A stretch of DNA of 37,023 nt from an uncultured Bacteroides sp. (GTDB lineage: Bacteria > Bacteroidota > Bacteroidia > Bacteroidales > SM23-62). The notes beneath the pieces are model-generated. The model saw only the letters and a program-made list of their open reading frames with translations, ran no database searches and was not told the origin of the DNA. How positions within the stretch are numbered: position 1 is the stretch's first letter; every line of letters starts with the position of its first letter. Shown here one piece after another: positions 15,452 to 23,773 of this stretch. The translations under genes were made by a program, and so were the position numbers. The stretch spans positions 1-37,023 of the forward strand of contig CAZVLG010000485.1 of assembly GCA_964627835.1 (NCBI GenBank), given 5' to 3'.

Positions 15452-16783
15452 ATGTATACAGGAAAACGTTCACTCTGGCTCATTGTTCTCATCTCTGCAT
15501 ACCTGTCAGCCTCTGCCCAGCAGATGGATTCTGTCGCCTGGTACATGCAGAACTACCAGTATGGGAAAGCCATTATGCTGATTGACAGGACGGATCCCGG
15601 TGGGACCGACCCTGAACTCCTGTACCGGAAAGCCGGGGCTTACCGGGGACTAAACCGGTTCCGGGAGGCAATCTCCTGCCTCGAGCAGGTCCACCGCCAG
15701 GATTCCACCGATATCCGCTGCATCATCGAACTGGCGGATTGCTATCAGTCCCTCGCCAACTACCCCCGGACAAGGCATTATTATACCATGGCACTGCAGC
15801 AGGATCCCGGCAATCCCTACCTGGTCCGGCAACTGGCTGATTCCCACTTCCAGGAACGGAATTACAGGAAGGCTAAATCACAGTACCTGAAGGCTTTTGC
15901 GGGGGACTCGGGCTATTACCTGTCAAAACAGCTTGCCAGGACCTATGAGGGCCTTGGAGTGGCGGATACTGCCATCGTTTTCTACCAGCGTGCCCTGGCC
16001 CTCAACCCGGCAGATTACTTCTCCACCTACCGCCTGGCCAGCCTTTACAAGGATCAGGAGCAATACCTTGCCGGCATCATGCTCACCGGGTCTTACCTGG
16101 AGGGGGACACAGCCAGCATCGAGATGCTCAAGCTGAACGGATTCCTTCATTTCCTTAACAAGGATTACGAAAGATCGAAAGCACGCTTCGAGCAATGCAT
16201 CGCCCTGGATGACACATCGGAATTTGTCAACAAGTACCTGGGTTACAGTTATTTCAAGACTGAGGAATACGATGCGGCAAAGGATTACCTGGAGAAGGCC
16301 TGGTTCAGGGATACCACAAATGCAGACCTGTGTTATGTCCTCGGGCTTTCCTGTGATTATTCCTTTTACAAGAAACTCGGCATCCGCTACCTGGAAAAGA
16401 CCGTGGACCTGATGAGTCCGTCGCCTGAAACGTTGTCCCGCGTCTACCGCGACCTGGGAAAGGCCTATACCGGATATTACCAATACGCGGAAGCCCTGGA
16501 TGCCTACCTGACTGCCCATGAGCTGAACCCGGCCGACACCGTTCTGATCTTTGAGATCGCCAGCCATTACGACAACTGGATCAAGGACAAAAACAAGGCC
16601 CTGGAATGGTACGGGAAATTCATGGAGACCCGGCCGGTGGACAGGAAATCCCTGCCAAAGCTGCCGACCTCCGAGGGTATAACGGTATCCTATTACGACT
16701 TCGTCGAGCGACGGATAAACGAGATCCGGAAGGAGATTTTCTGGGAAGGAAAGGAAACCAAAGAGGAAATACCCCGACCATAA
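15452..16783 (+). CDS. secreted tetratricopeptide-repeat protein
   Basis: 443 aa. Signal peptide (LWLIVLISAYLSASAQQ). Repeated TPR-like 34-aa helical hairpins (e.g. AISCLEQVHRQDSTD, YYTMALQQDPGNPY, AIVFYQRALALNPADY, ALDAYLTAHELNPAD). Confidence 0.8.
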   Translation: MYTGKRSLWLIVLISAYLSASAQQMDSVAWYMQNYQYGKAIMLIDRTDPGGTDPELLYRKAGAYRGLNRFREAISCLEQVHRQDSTDIRCIIELADCYQSLANYPRTRHYYTMALQQDPGNPYLVRQLADSHFQERNYRKAKSQYLKAFAGDSGYYLSKQLARTYEGLGVADTAIVFYQRALALNPADYFSTYRLASLYKDQEQYLAGIMLTGSYLEGDTASIEMLKLNGFLHFLNKDYERSKARFEQCIALDDTSEFVNKYLGYSYFKTEEYDAAKDYLEKAWFRDTTNADLCYVLGLSCDYSFYKKLGIRYLEKTVDLMSPSPETLSRVYRDLGKAYTGYYQYAEALDAYLTAHELNPADTVLIFEIASHYDNWIKDKNKALEWYGKFMETRPVDRKSLPKLPTSEGITVSYYDFVERRINEIRKEIFWEGKETKEEIPRP

Positions 16784-16803
16784 CAAACCCCAAACCAAGC
16801 CAT

Positions 16804-18111
16804 ATGAAACATCTCATCCTCTGTACCCTTTTACTGATCAGCCATCATTCCTGGTCGCAGCAGATCCCCGCAGATAAAATAAGGACCGACCTGGACACCC
16901 TGATTGAGGTCCTTATAAATATCCATCCGACCTTCCGGGAACATCCGAACCTGACGGAGGTCATGCAGATAAGGGATACCCTCACACAGTCCATGAGCCC
17001 ACATGAATTTTTCATCCTCCTTCAGCCCCTGGTCAGCATCGACGGCCACACCACCCTGCAGTATACGGGTAAAATTTTTCCCGAACTGGAGAATCCCTTC
17101 TTTCCGTTTGAAACGGTGATATTTGGGGACAGCCTCTACGTGAAAAATAATTTATCGGGGGAACCGGGATTGGTGAAAGGCAGCAACATCCTGGAGATCA
17201 ATGGCCGCCAGACTGCTGAGATTATCGCCCGGATGCTGGACTACGTCCCGGGGGAATTGAAACCGAACATGATCCGGAGACTGGACGGTAAGGAGTTTGC
17301 CATCTGGTACCGCCTGCTTTACGGCAACCATGATAGTTTTGATATCCGGTACCGGGAAGGGGACCGGACCGCCCTTGCTTCCGTGCCGGGGATCGGGTGG
17401 GAAAGCTTTACAAAAACCACGAAAAAAAACCTGGATATCCAGATCCTGGAAGACGGAACCGCATATATGAAAGTTGGAAAATTCCGGCAACCGAAAATCT
17501 TCCTGCCCTTCATCGATTCATGCTTTACACTCCTGCAGCAGGAACAGGTCAGCAACCTGATCATTGACAAGACCAGCGGGGGAGGATTTACGAACCTGGC
17601 GGACTCCCTTATGCAATACATTACAACCCGGCCGTTCCAGAGCTTTCAATCACAGATCATCAGGATCAGCAGGGAAACGGCGGACTATATCCGGGAGATC
17701 CAGGACTCGGGCAGTAAGGCAGGAGAATACTATATTGTCACCCGGGAATTGGCCAGTCCCCCTCGAAAATCCAACTTCTTCGAGGGAAATGTCTATATCC
17801 TGGCCGGGCCCACCTCCTATTCTGCCGCCACCATATTCATCGCCATGGCCAAATGCTATACGGACCTTACCATTGTCGGGGAGGAAACGGGACAGCCGCT
17901 GATCAGTAACGCGGGACTCAGCCGGCATGCCCTGCATCATACGGGACTGAACCTTTATACCAGCAATTCGATCTTCTACATGCCCTGTGCCGTGAATGAC
18001 AGGGAAGGTGTGAAGCCGGATATCGAAGTGCCCGTGACACTGGACGATCTTCTGAATGATCAAAACCGCTACCTTGAATTTACCATCGACCTGATTCAAA
18101 GAACCAAATAA
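16804..18111 (+). CDS. S41-family (tail-specific/C-terminal-processing type) peptidase
   Basis: Start moved to ATG 16804 (MKHLILCTLLLISHHSWSQQ signal peptide); the track's extension overlaps the TPR gene. S41-like core: NLIIDKTSGGGF, VYILAGPTSYSAATIFIAMAK...LTIVGEETGQP. Confidence 0.7.
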   Translation: MKHLILCTLLLISHHSWSQQIPADKIRTDLDTLIEVLINIHPTFREHPNLTEVMQIRDTLTQSMSPHEFFILLQPLVSIDGHTTLQYTGKIFPELENPFFPFETVIFGDSLYVKNNLSGEPGLVKGSNILEINGRQTAEIIARMLDYVPGELKPNMIRRLDGKEFAIWYRLLYGNHDSFDIRYREGDRTALASVPGIGWESFTKTTKKNLDIQILEDGTAYMKVGKFRQPKIFLPFIDSCFTLLQQEQVSNLIIDKTSGGGFTNLADSLMQYITTRPFQSFQSQIIRISRETADYIREIQDSGSKAGEYYIVTRELASPPRKSNFFEGNVYILAGPTSYSAATIFIAMAKCYTDLTIVGEETGQPLISNAGLSRHALHHTGLNLYTSNSIFYMPCAVNDREGVKPDIEVPVTLDDLLNDQNRYLEFTIDLIQRTK

Positions 18112-18113
18112 AG

Positions 18114-18503
18114 ATGAATCGCATAATTTACCTGGTCCTGATGCTTTTGCTGCTTTCCGGGTGCTAGGACGGAGGGGAACCAACCGTTTACCCGGTCACA
18201 TTTGTTTCAAGCGAATACCGGGTCACTTCCGGGGTGCAGCTATACTCCCATGAGGGACGCATCCACGATGCGGAGGTCATAGACCGGTACCTGGAACAAA
18301 TACGGATGCATCCCTTCCTGCCCGTCGAGGACTCGGTCATGCCGGAGACGGGTTTTGTCATCTCCCGCTACGGGAACGGATATAATTCCTTCGTCACAAA
18401 GTGGAATTATAACAACGCATTCGACCCCAATGTAATAAGCCTGCTGGAAGAAACGGATACGCTGGCCATCCAGGAGGCCGAAACCCTGTACATCAGGCAG
18501 TAA
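18114..18503 (+). pseudogene. small lipoprotein gene interrupted by an in-frame TAG right after the lipobox cysteine
   Basis: ATG 18114 opens MNRIIYLVLMLLLLSGC, followed by TAG at 18165-18167. The same frame then continues as DGGEPTVYPVTFVSSEYRVTSG and runs into the track ORF 18234-18503 (shown there with a GTG start). Confidence 0.5.
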
Positions 18504-18665
18504 ACAGCCTGTGCGGCAAAAGAAAGCGACACCCAGGTCTTCCGGGAGGCCGGAACGGTATATATACCCGGATCGCGAAATTGTCCCAATCCCCGGGGCA
18601 AACCCCGGCCGGCAGAACGCGAACTTATGTAAAAGTTCTTTTATCTTTAAGGCAAAATCCACCGC

Positions 18666-21578
18666 ATGACCTTGCACCGGTTCCACCTTTTATACCTCTT
18701 GCTCCTGCTTAACCTTCCCGCCCGTTCCCAGCTTGTGATCAACGAGATCATGGCCGCCAATGCGAGCTATGAGCTGGAGACCGATTTCTATAATTTCTCC
18801 GACTGGGTTGAGATCTACAACAGCGGCACCTCGGCCCTGGCCCTGGGCAATTATTACCTGTCCGATGACCTGGCGGATCTGAAGAAATGGAAGATGCCCG
18901 TTAATAACCTTGCAGCCGGTGCCTATTACATCGTCCATTGCGACAAGGAGGACACTGGCAACCATGCGAATTTCGGACTGCGGACCGAGGGAGAAACCCT
19001 TTACCTGAGCGACGGCTCGGGCAACATCGTCGATTACCTGGAATTCGGCCAGCAATACCCGAATGTTACCTTCGGCAGGGATCCCTCCGACCCGGGCAAG
19101 CTGGTTTACTGCGCCACCCCGACACCGGTGGCCGCCAATTCACCGACCTCGGCCACCCAGCCGGGCGAGAGGGTGGAATTTTCCCTGAAGGCGGGGCGGC
19201 AGGAAAGTGCTTCATCTCTGAGCCTAAGCGGGAACAACGTACGATACACGACCGACTGTACCGAGCCGCACCCGTTTTCCAATTCATTCTCAGATCCCAT
19301 CTCCATCAGTAAAACCATGATCGTAATGGCAAGAACCTTCGAGGAGGGCTTCCTGCCCGGCGAGATCGATGCAAGGACCTACTTCCTGAACGAGCACGAT
19401 TTCACCCTCCCGGTGGTTTCCCTGTCCTTTGAACCCGATCATTTTTACGATGATATGATCGGGATCCATGTAAGGGGAAGGAACGGCACGGCCGGTTATT
19501 GCGGGGATGTTGCCAACTGGAACCAGGCCTGGGAACGACCGGCCTATTTTGAGTACTTCGACAAGGAGGGGGTCAGAAGGATCTCCCAGTCCGTCGGTGT
19601 GAAAATTGCCGGCGGCTGTACCCGGGGAAGGGACCAGAAATCCCTTTCGATCTACGCAAGAGGCAAGTATGGGGACAATGACTTCGATTATCCCTTCTTC
19701 GTTGAAAAGCCCGATATCAACTGCTTCCCCTCCCTGCTGCTGCGCAACTCGGGGAACGACCAGGACCAGACGCTGCTACGCGATGCCTTCCTGCAGGCCC
19801 TTGTCAAGCCTTCCATGGACATTGACTGGCAGTCATACCAGCCCGCCATCGTGTATTTCAACGGTTCCTACCGGGGCATCATGAACCTGAGGGAAAAAAC
19901 GAACGAGGATTACCTGACGACCAATTATTTTTTCCCCGATGGTGAATTCGATTTCCTGGAGCGCGACCGAGAGATCATCCACGGGACGGACTACGACTAC
20001 GCTAAACTCCTGAGCTTCATGAACCGCTACTCCCTTTCGGACGACGAAAACTACCGGCAGGTGGCCTCCAAAATCGACATCCAGGAATTCATCAACTGGA
20101 TGACCGTGCACCTGTACATTGGGAACCGGGACTGGCCCGACAACAACCACAAGTTCTGGAAAGCGGGACCGGACGGGAAATGGCGCTGGATGCTGTTCGA
20201 CCTGGATTACGGCTTCGGCTTCCGTTTGGATGCCGACGGGTACAAGCACGAGACCTTCGAATACTTTACGGCCGTGGACGGGCAGGAGCCTCCAAGACCG
20301 CCCTGGTCCACCCTGATTTTCCGGAAACTGGTGGAAAACAATGGCTTCAGGAAGCAGTTCCTGGCCACCTTCCTGACCCATGTTTACAGCTCCTTTGAAC
20401 CGGAATGGTGCAATTATGTCCTTGACAGCCTTTCGGCGGTTATCGACTACGAGATCTATTACAACCAGCTAAAGTATGGACGGACCAAGGAACTGTGGGA
20501 ATATTATCTTTCCTCCCTGAAAGAGTACGCGGTGAACCGGCACGATTTCATACCGGGATATGTGAAAAGCTATTTCAATCTCAGCTCCCAGGCGGTGACC
20601 CTGACCGTGTCCAATCCGGATAAGCGAAAGGGAAAAGTGAAAGTAAACGAGGCCATTATCCAGATGTACCCGCTTAAACTCCAAACCTACGAAGAACTGC
20701 CCATGAAGCTCGAGGCCCTGCCTGAGAAGGGCTACCGCTTCAGCCACTGGGTGGATAAAACCACCGGATCCAGGTACAGCGAATCCATTGCCATCAGCAA
20801 TGCAAGCAGTTTAACGGTAAGCCTGGAACCGGTATTTGAACCGATTGCGGAAACCGACGATGTCTGGCTGAACGAGCTGGCCCCGGCCGGCATTTTCTTC
20901 AACGATGAATTCGGGGAGAGATCGGGGTTCATCGAGCTGTTCAACACATCATCCGAAGAGACCGTCCTTGACTCCTGGTTCCTTTCTGATGAAAAGGATA
21001 ACCTGATGCGTTTTGCGATCCCCGATTCAACCCTGATCCCGGCCTGGGGATTCATTACCGTTTACGCAGACGGGGAAGCCAGGCAGGGAAATATGCATAC
21101 CCCCTTCCGGCTGAGCACCGGCGAAGAACAGCTGTACCTCTCGCAAAAAGTCGGCAATGACATAACAATCAGGGACTCCGCAAGCTTCAATTTCCTTCTT
21201 GAAAACTATTCCTTCGGAAGGTATGAGGACGGTGTCGGGATCTGGCGCCATATGGCCATCCTCACCCCCGGAAGGCCCAACCAGCCCTTCCAGCTAAAAG
21301 ACGGGCCGGCCATTGCAGAAGCAAGGGAACTGTTCCGGGTCTACCCGAATCCGACAGGGGGTCAGCTGTTTATCGAAGCCGAAGGAGGGGATGCTTATGC
21401 AGGGGACTCCCACATCGACCTGGTCGATATCACGGGGAAAGCGGTATCCCCGAAGATCTGGCTGAACCAGGCACGAAATTACCTGGATGTGAGCTATCTT
21501 GACGGGGGACTCTACATCATACGGATATTCAGGGAGGATCGCCTGGTGCAGACCTCCCGTATCATCCTGATGAAATAA
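18666..21578 (+). CDS. T9SS-secreted CotH-family (atypical kinase) protein flanked by two lamin-tail (LTD) domains
   Basis: 970 aa with signal peptide. LTD1: LVINEIMAANAS...SDWVEIYNSGTSALALGNYYLSDD. CotH core: SLSIYARGKYG...LLLRNSGNDQDQTLLRDAF...IVYFNGSYRGIMNLREK...NHKFWK...WRWMLFDLDYGFG. LTD2: VWLNELAPAG...GFIELFNTSSEETVLDSWFLSDE. CTD: FRVYPNPTGGQLFIEA...DITGKAV...GGLYIIRI...IILMK. Confidence 0.85.
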   Translation: MTLHRFHLLYLLLLLNLPARSQLVINEIMAANASYELETDFYNFSDWVEIYNSGTSALALGNYYLSDDLADLKKWKMPVNNLAAGAYYIVHCDKEDTGNHANFGLRTEGETLYLSDGSGNIVDYLEFGQQYPNVTFGRDPSDPGKLVYCATPTPVAANSPTSATQPGERVEFSLKAGRQESASSLSLSGNNVRYTTDCTEPHPFSNSFSDPISISKTMIVMARTFEEGFLPGEIDARTYFLNEHDFTLPVVSLSFEPDHFYDDMIGIHVRGRNGTAGYCGDVANWNQAWERPAYFEYFDKEGVRRISQSVGVKIAGGCTRGRDQKSLSIYARGKYGDNDFDYPFFVEKPDINCFPSLLLRNSGNDQDQTLLRDAFLQALVKPSMDIDWQSYQPAIVYFNGSYRGIMNLREKTNEDYLTTNYFFPDGEFDFLERDREIIHGTDYDYAKLLSFMNRYSLSDDENYRQVASKIDIQEFINWMTVHLYIGNRDWPDNNHKFWKAGPDGKWRWMLFDLDYGFGFRLDADGYKHETFEYFTAVDGQEPPRPPWSTLIFRKLVENNGFRKQFLATFLTHVYSSFEPEWCNYVLDSLSAVIDYEIYYNQLKYGRTKELWEYYLSSLKEYAVNRHDFIPGYVKSYFNLSSQAVTLTVSNPDKRKGKVKVNEAIIQMYPLKLQTYEELPMKLEALPEKGYRFSHWVDKTTGSRYSESIAISNASSLTVSLEPVFEPIAETDDVWLNELAPAGIFFNDEFGERSGFIELFNTSSEETVLDSWFLSDEKDNLMRFAIPDSTLIPAWGFITVYADGEARQGNMHTPFRLSTGEEQLYLSQKVGNDITIRDSASFNFLLENYSFGRYEDGVGIWRHMAILTPGRPNQPFQLKDGPAIAEARELFRVYPNPTGGQLFIEAEGGDAYAGDSHIDLVDITGKAVSPKIWLNQARNYLDVSYLDGGLYIIRIFREDRLVQTSRIILMK

Positions 21579-21703
21579 ATCCCCCTCCCGGCCAGAACAT
21601 TGTATGGCGGAAGGGCGAGAAGCCGGCCCGGGACCGGATGAATCCCCCTCCCGGAAAGAACCTTGAATAACGGAAGGGCTGGCAGTCTACCCGGGACCGG
21701 ATG
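21578..21703. repeat. imperfect 63-bp x 2 tandem direct repeat starting at the CotH stop codon
   Basis: Unit 1 (21578-21640): aatccccctcccggccagaacattgtatggcggaagggcgagaagccggcccgggaccggatg. Unit 2 (21641-21703): aatccccctcccggaaagaaccttgaataacggaagggctggcagtctacccgggaccggatg. Roughly three quarters of positions are identical by eye. Each unit holds an imperfect CCCTCCCG...CGGAAGGG inverted repeat. Confidence 0.85.
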
Positions 21704-21773
21704 AAAATCCGGCGCAACGTTTGGGACGAAACCATCATCTTATAATTTGAACGAATGTAATACGCAGCAGGCT

Positions 21774-22763
21774 ATGAAAACCTTGATTTACCTGGGAATC
21801 CTTGTCGCGCTCGTCCCGGCCTGTGAGCGCTCTCAGTCCCCGGAATCCCTGCCCCCCGGGTTCAGTACCCGGATCCTTGAAGATTTCTTTGTGATCTCCA
21901 TCGCCTTCGATGCGGACGGGACGGCCTGGATCGGGACCTTTGACCGGGGACTGATCCGGTATACTCCGGGGCAAACCACCTTGTACAATGCATCCAATTC
22001 GCCGGTGAACGACACCCTGGTAATACGCAGCCTCGCAACGGACAGCCGGGGAAATGTCTGGCTTGGTAATGGCGGACTGCTCCGTTTTGACGGACAGACC
22101 TTTACCCGGTACACTCCTGAAAATTCCCCGATGCCCTCGGCTCATGTCGGAGCGATCGCGATTGACAGCCGGGATGTCGTCTGGTTCTCAAACCTGAGGT
22201 CCGGGGAAGGGGGATTGATCCGGTTCGACGGGACGCACTGGGATATCTATACTCCTTTAAATTCCGCCCTTCCCGATTATTTTATACACGATATCTGCGT
22301 TGACCTCAACGACGACATCTGGCTGGCCCTGTCTAAAAATGTCAGCAATAACCGCCTTGTAAGAATTTCCGGCGACAACTGGCAGGCCTTCTCGGAGGAA
22401 GACCTGGGTTTCAGTCCCTATATGTTCGGCAACCTGGCAGTAAACAGCAGGAACGAGATCTTTGCATCGATCGATTATTCCCTTTCCAGCATGTTCCGGC
22501 ATCCCGGCCCCGAAGTGATCCGCTTTGACGGCATTACCTGCGAGCAGATCTTTGCGGACAGCACCTTCAATGCCAGGTTTATAAGCATAGACCGGAAAGA
22601 CAGGATCTGGTGCGCCGGTTACCCCGGCTACGGGATCTATGCAGGGGGAACCTGGACAATGGACAATACAAGTTTCGCAAAAACAGGCATCTTCGCCATC
22701 GAAGAGTCCCCGGACGGCAGGATGTGGATCGGCACCGGGGAGGGGATATTTATTTCCGACTGA
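21774..22763 (+). CDS. lipoprotein made of two-component-regulator-propeller (Reg_prop-like) beta-propeller repeats
   Basis: Start moved to ATG 21774 (MKTLIYLGILVALVPAC lipobox). Repeated W-x-G-T/N-x-x-G-L-x-R-F/Y blades: AWIGTFDRGLIRY, VWLGNGGLLRFDG, VWFSN...GGLIRFDG, IWLAL, IWCAGYPGYGIY, MWIGTGEGIFISD. Confidence 0.75.
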   Translation: MKTLIYLGILVALVPACERSQSPESLPPGFSTRILEDFFVISIAFDADGTAWIGTFDRGLIRYTPGQTTLYNASNSPVNDTLVIRSLATDSRGNVWLGNGGLLRFDGQTFTRYTPENSPMPSAHVGAIAIDSRDVVWFSNLRSGEGGLIRFDGTHWDIYTPLNSALPDYFIHDICVDLNDDIWLALSKNVSNNRLVRISGDNWQAFSEEDLGFSPYMFGNLAVNSRNEIFASIDYSLSSMFRHPGPEVIRFDGITCEQIFADSTFNARFISIDRKDRIWCAGYPGYGIYAGGTWTMDNTSFAKTGIFAIEESPDGRMWIGTGEGIFISD

Positions 22764-22866
22764 GACAGGAGTAACCGCATTACCCTCATAATCCCGAACG
22801 GCACACTTCCAGGGATATGCATTTCCGCATGAAATTAGGTATCTTTCAGGAACCAAACCGAAAATC

Positions 22867-23673
22867 ATGAAATTCCCGTTTGTTTTTCTGGCAGCATGCA
22901 TCCTTTCGCTTCCTTCAGGCTTCTCCCGGGAACCGGCAGATCCCGGAATCCCGGGCGATTCCCTTGCCCTCAGCATCGGGTACCGGCATACCCTGGAATC
23001 GAAGATCCTGGAACAATCAAGGGAGATTTTCATACATCTGCCCCGTGACCCGGACCCCGGCAAAACCTACCCCCTGGTGATGATCCTCGATGCCGAGATG
23101 ACCTTTAAATCCTTTGCCAGCACGACAGAACTGATGGGCTGGCAGGAACTCATCCCGGAATGCATCGTCATCGGCATACCCAACATCAACCGGGAAGTGG
23201 ACCATGCCCCGGTGATCGAAGGCATACCGGAAAGCGGCAGGGCAGACCTGATGATCCGTTTCTACGAGGAAGAATTGTTCCCTTACCTTCAGTCGGAATT
23301 CAGGATCGGCAGGAAGATCCTCTGGGGGCATTCCTGGCTGGGACTCTTCACAAGCTATGTCATGCTGACCCGCCCCGGGCTGTTTGATGCGTACATGTCT
23401 ACGAGTCCCGCATACCGCTTCCTGGCACCTCGCTTTGAGGAAGAGGCGCTTTTCGGGTCCATCGGGGATGAACCGGTCCTGTTCTACATGAGCCTTGGAT
23501 CGGAAGAACCCATGACGGATGAGATGAAACGCCTTCTCCAGCGACTTGAGGAGGATGCGCCCGGGGGACTCACATGGGTATTCAAGCTGAACGAAGGCAA
23601 AAATCACGATTCCAACGCCCTCCTGAGTTATATGGAGGGACTGGAATGGTGCTTCGGGAAATGGAAGGAATGA
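22867..23673 (+). CDS. secreted alpha/beta-hydrolase, 'putative esterase' (PF00756-like) family
   Basis: 268 aa with signal peptide (FVFLAACILSLPSG). Motifs: YPLVMILDAE..., IVIGIPN, nucleophile-elbow-like WGHSWLGLF (a variant of GxSxG), then STSPAY. Confidence 0.65.
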   Translation: MKFPFVFLAACILSLPSGFSREPADPGIPGDSLALSIGYRHTLESKILEQSREIFIHLPRDPDPGKTYPLVMILDAEMTFKSFASTTELMGWQELIPECIVIGIPNINREVDHAPVIEGIPESGRADLMIRFYEEELFPYLQSEFRIGRKILWGHSWLGLFTSYVMLTRPGLFDAYMSTSPAYRFLAPRFEEEALFGSIGDEPVLFYMSLGSEEPMTDEMKRLLQRLEEDAPGGLTWVFKLNEGKNHDSNALLSYMEGLEWCFGKWKE

Positions 23674-23773
23674 AGGTGCCCGGATGGCTGCATCCATGAT
23701 CAATGGCATGCGGAATATGGTAACAGCCTGCTCCGGATTAACATATACTGTTGTACCCAAACGAAACCATATC

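Noticed and set aside
17770-17910. Possible loss of the catalytic lysine in the S41 peptidase (VGEETGQP instead of the GKG-type motif of CtpA).
   Set aside because: As I recall, many Bacteroidota S41 homologues carry GE-x-TGG-like motifs and use a different catalytic arrangement. Without an alignment I cannot claim this is a pseudo-enzyme.
18165-18167. TAG reassignment or programmed read-through as the explanation for the in-frame stop in the lipoprotein gene.
   Set aside because: TAG is the terminator of three well-supported genes in the same window: the AlbA_2 gene, GH172 and cyclophilin. A mutation or base-call error is more parsimonious. I kept it as a finding only as a lesion.
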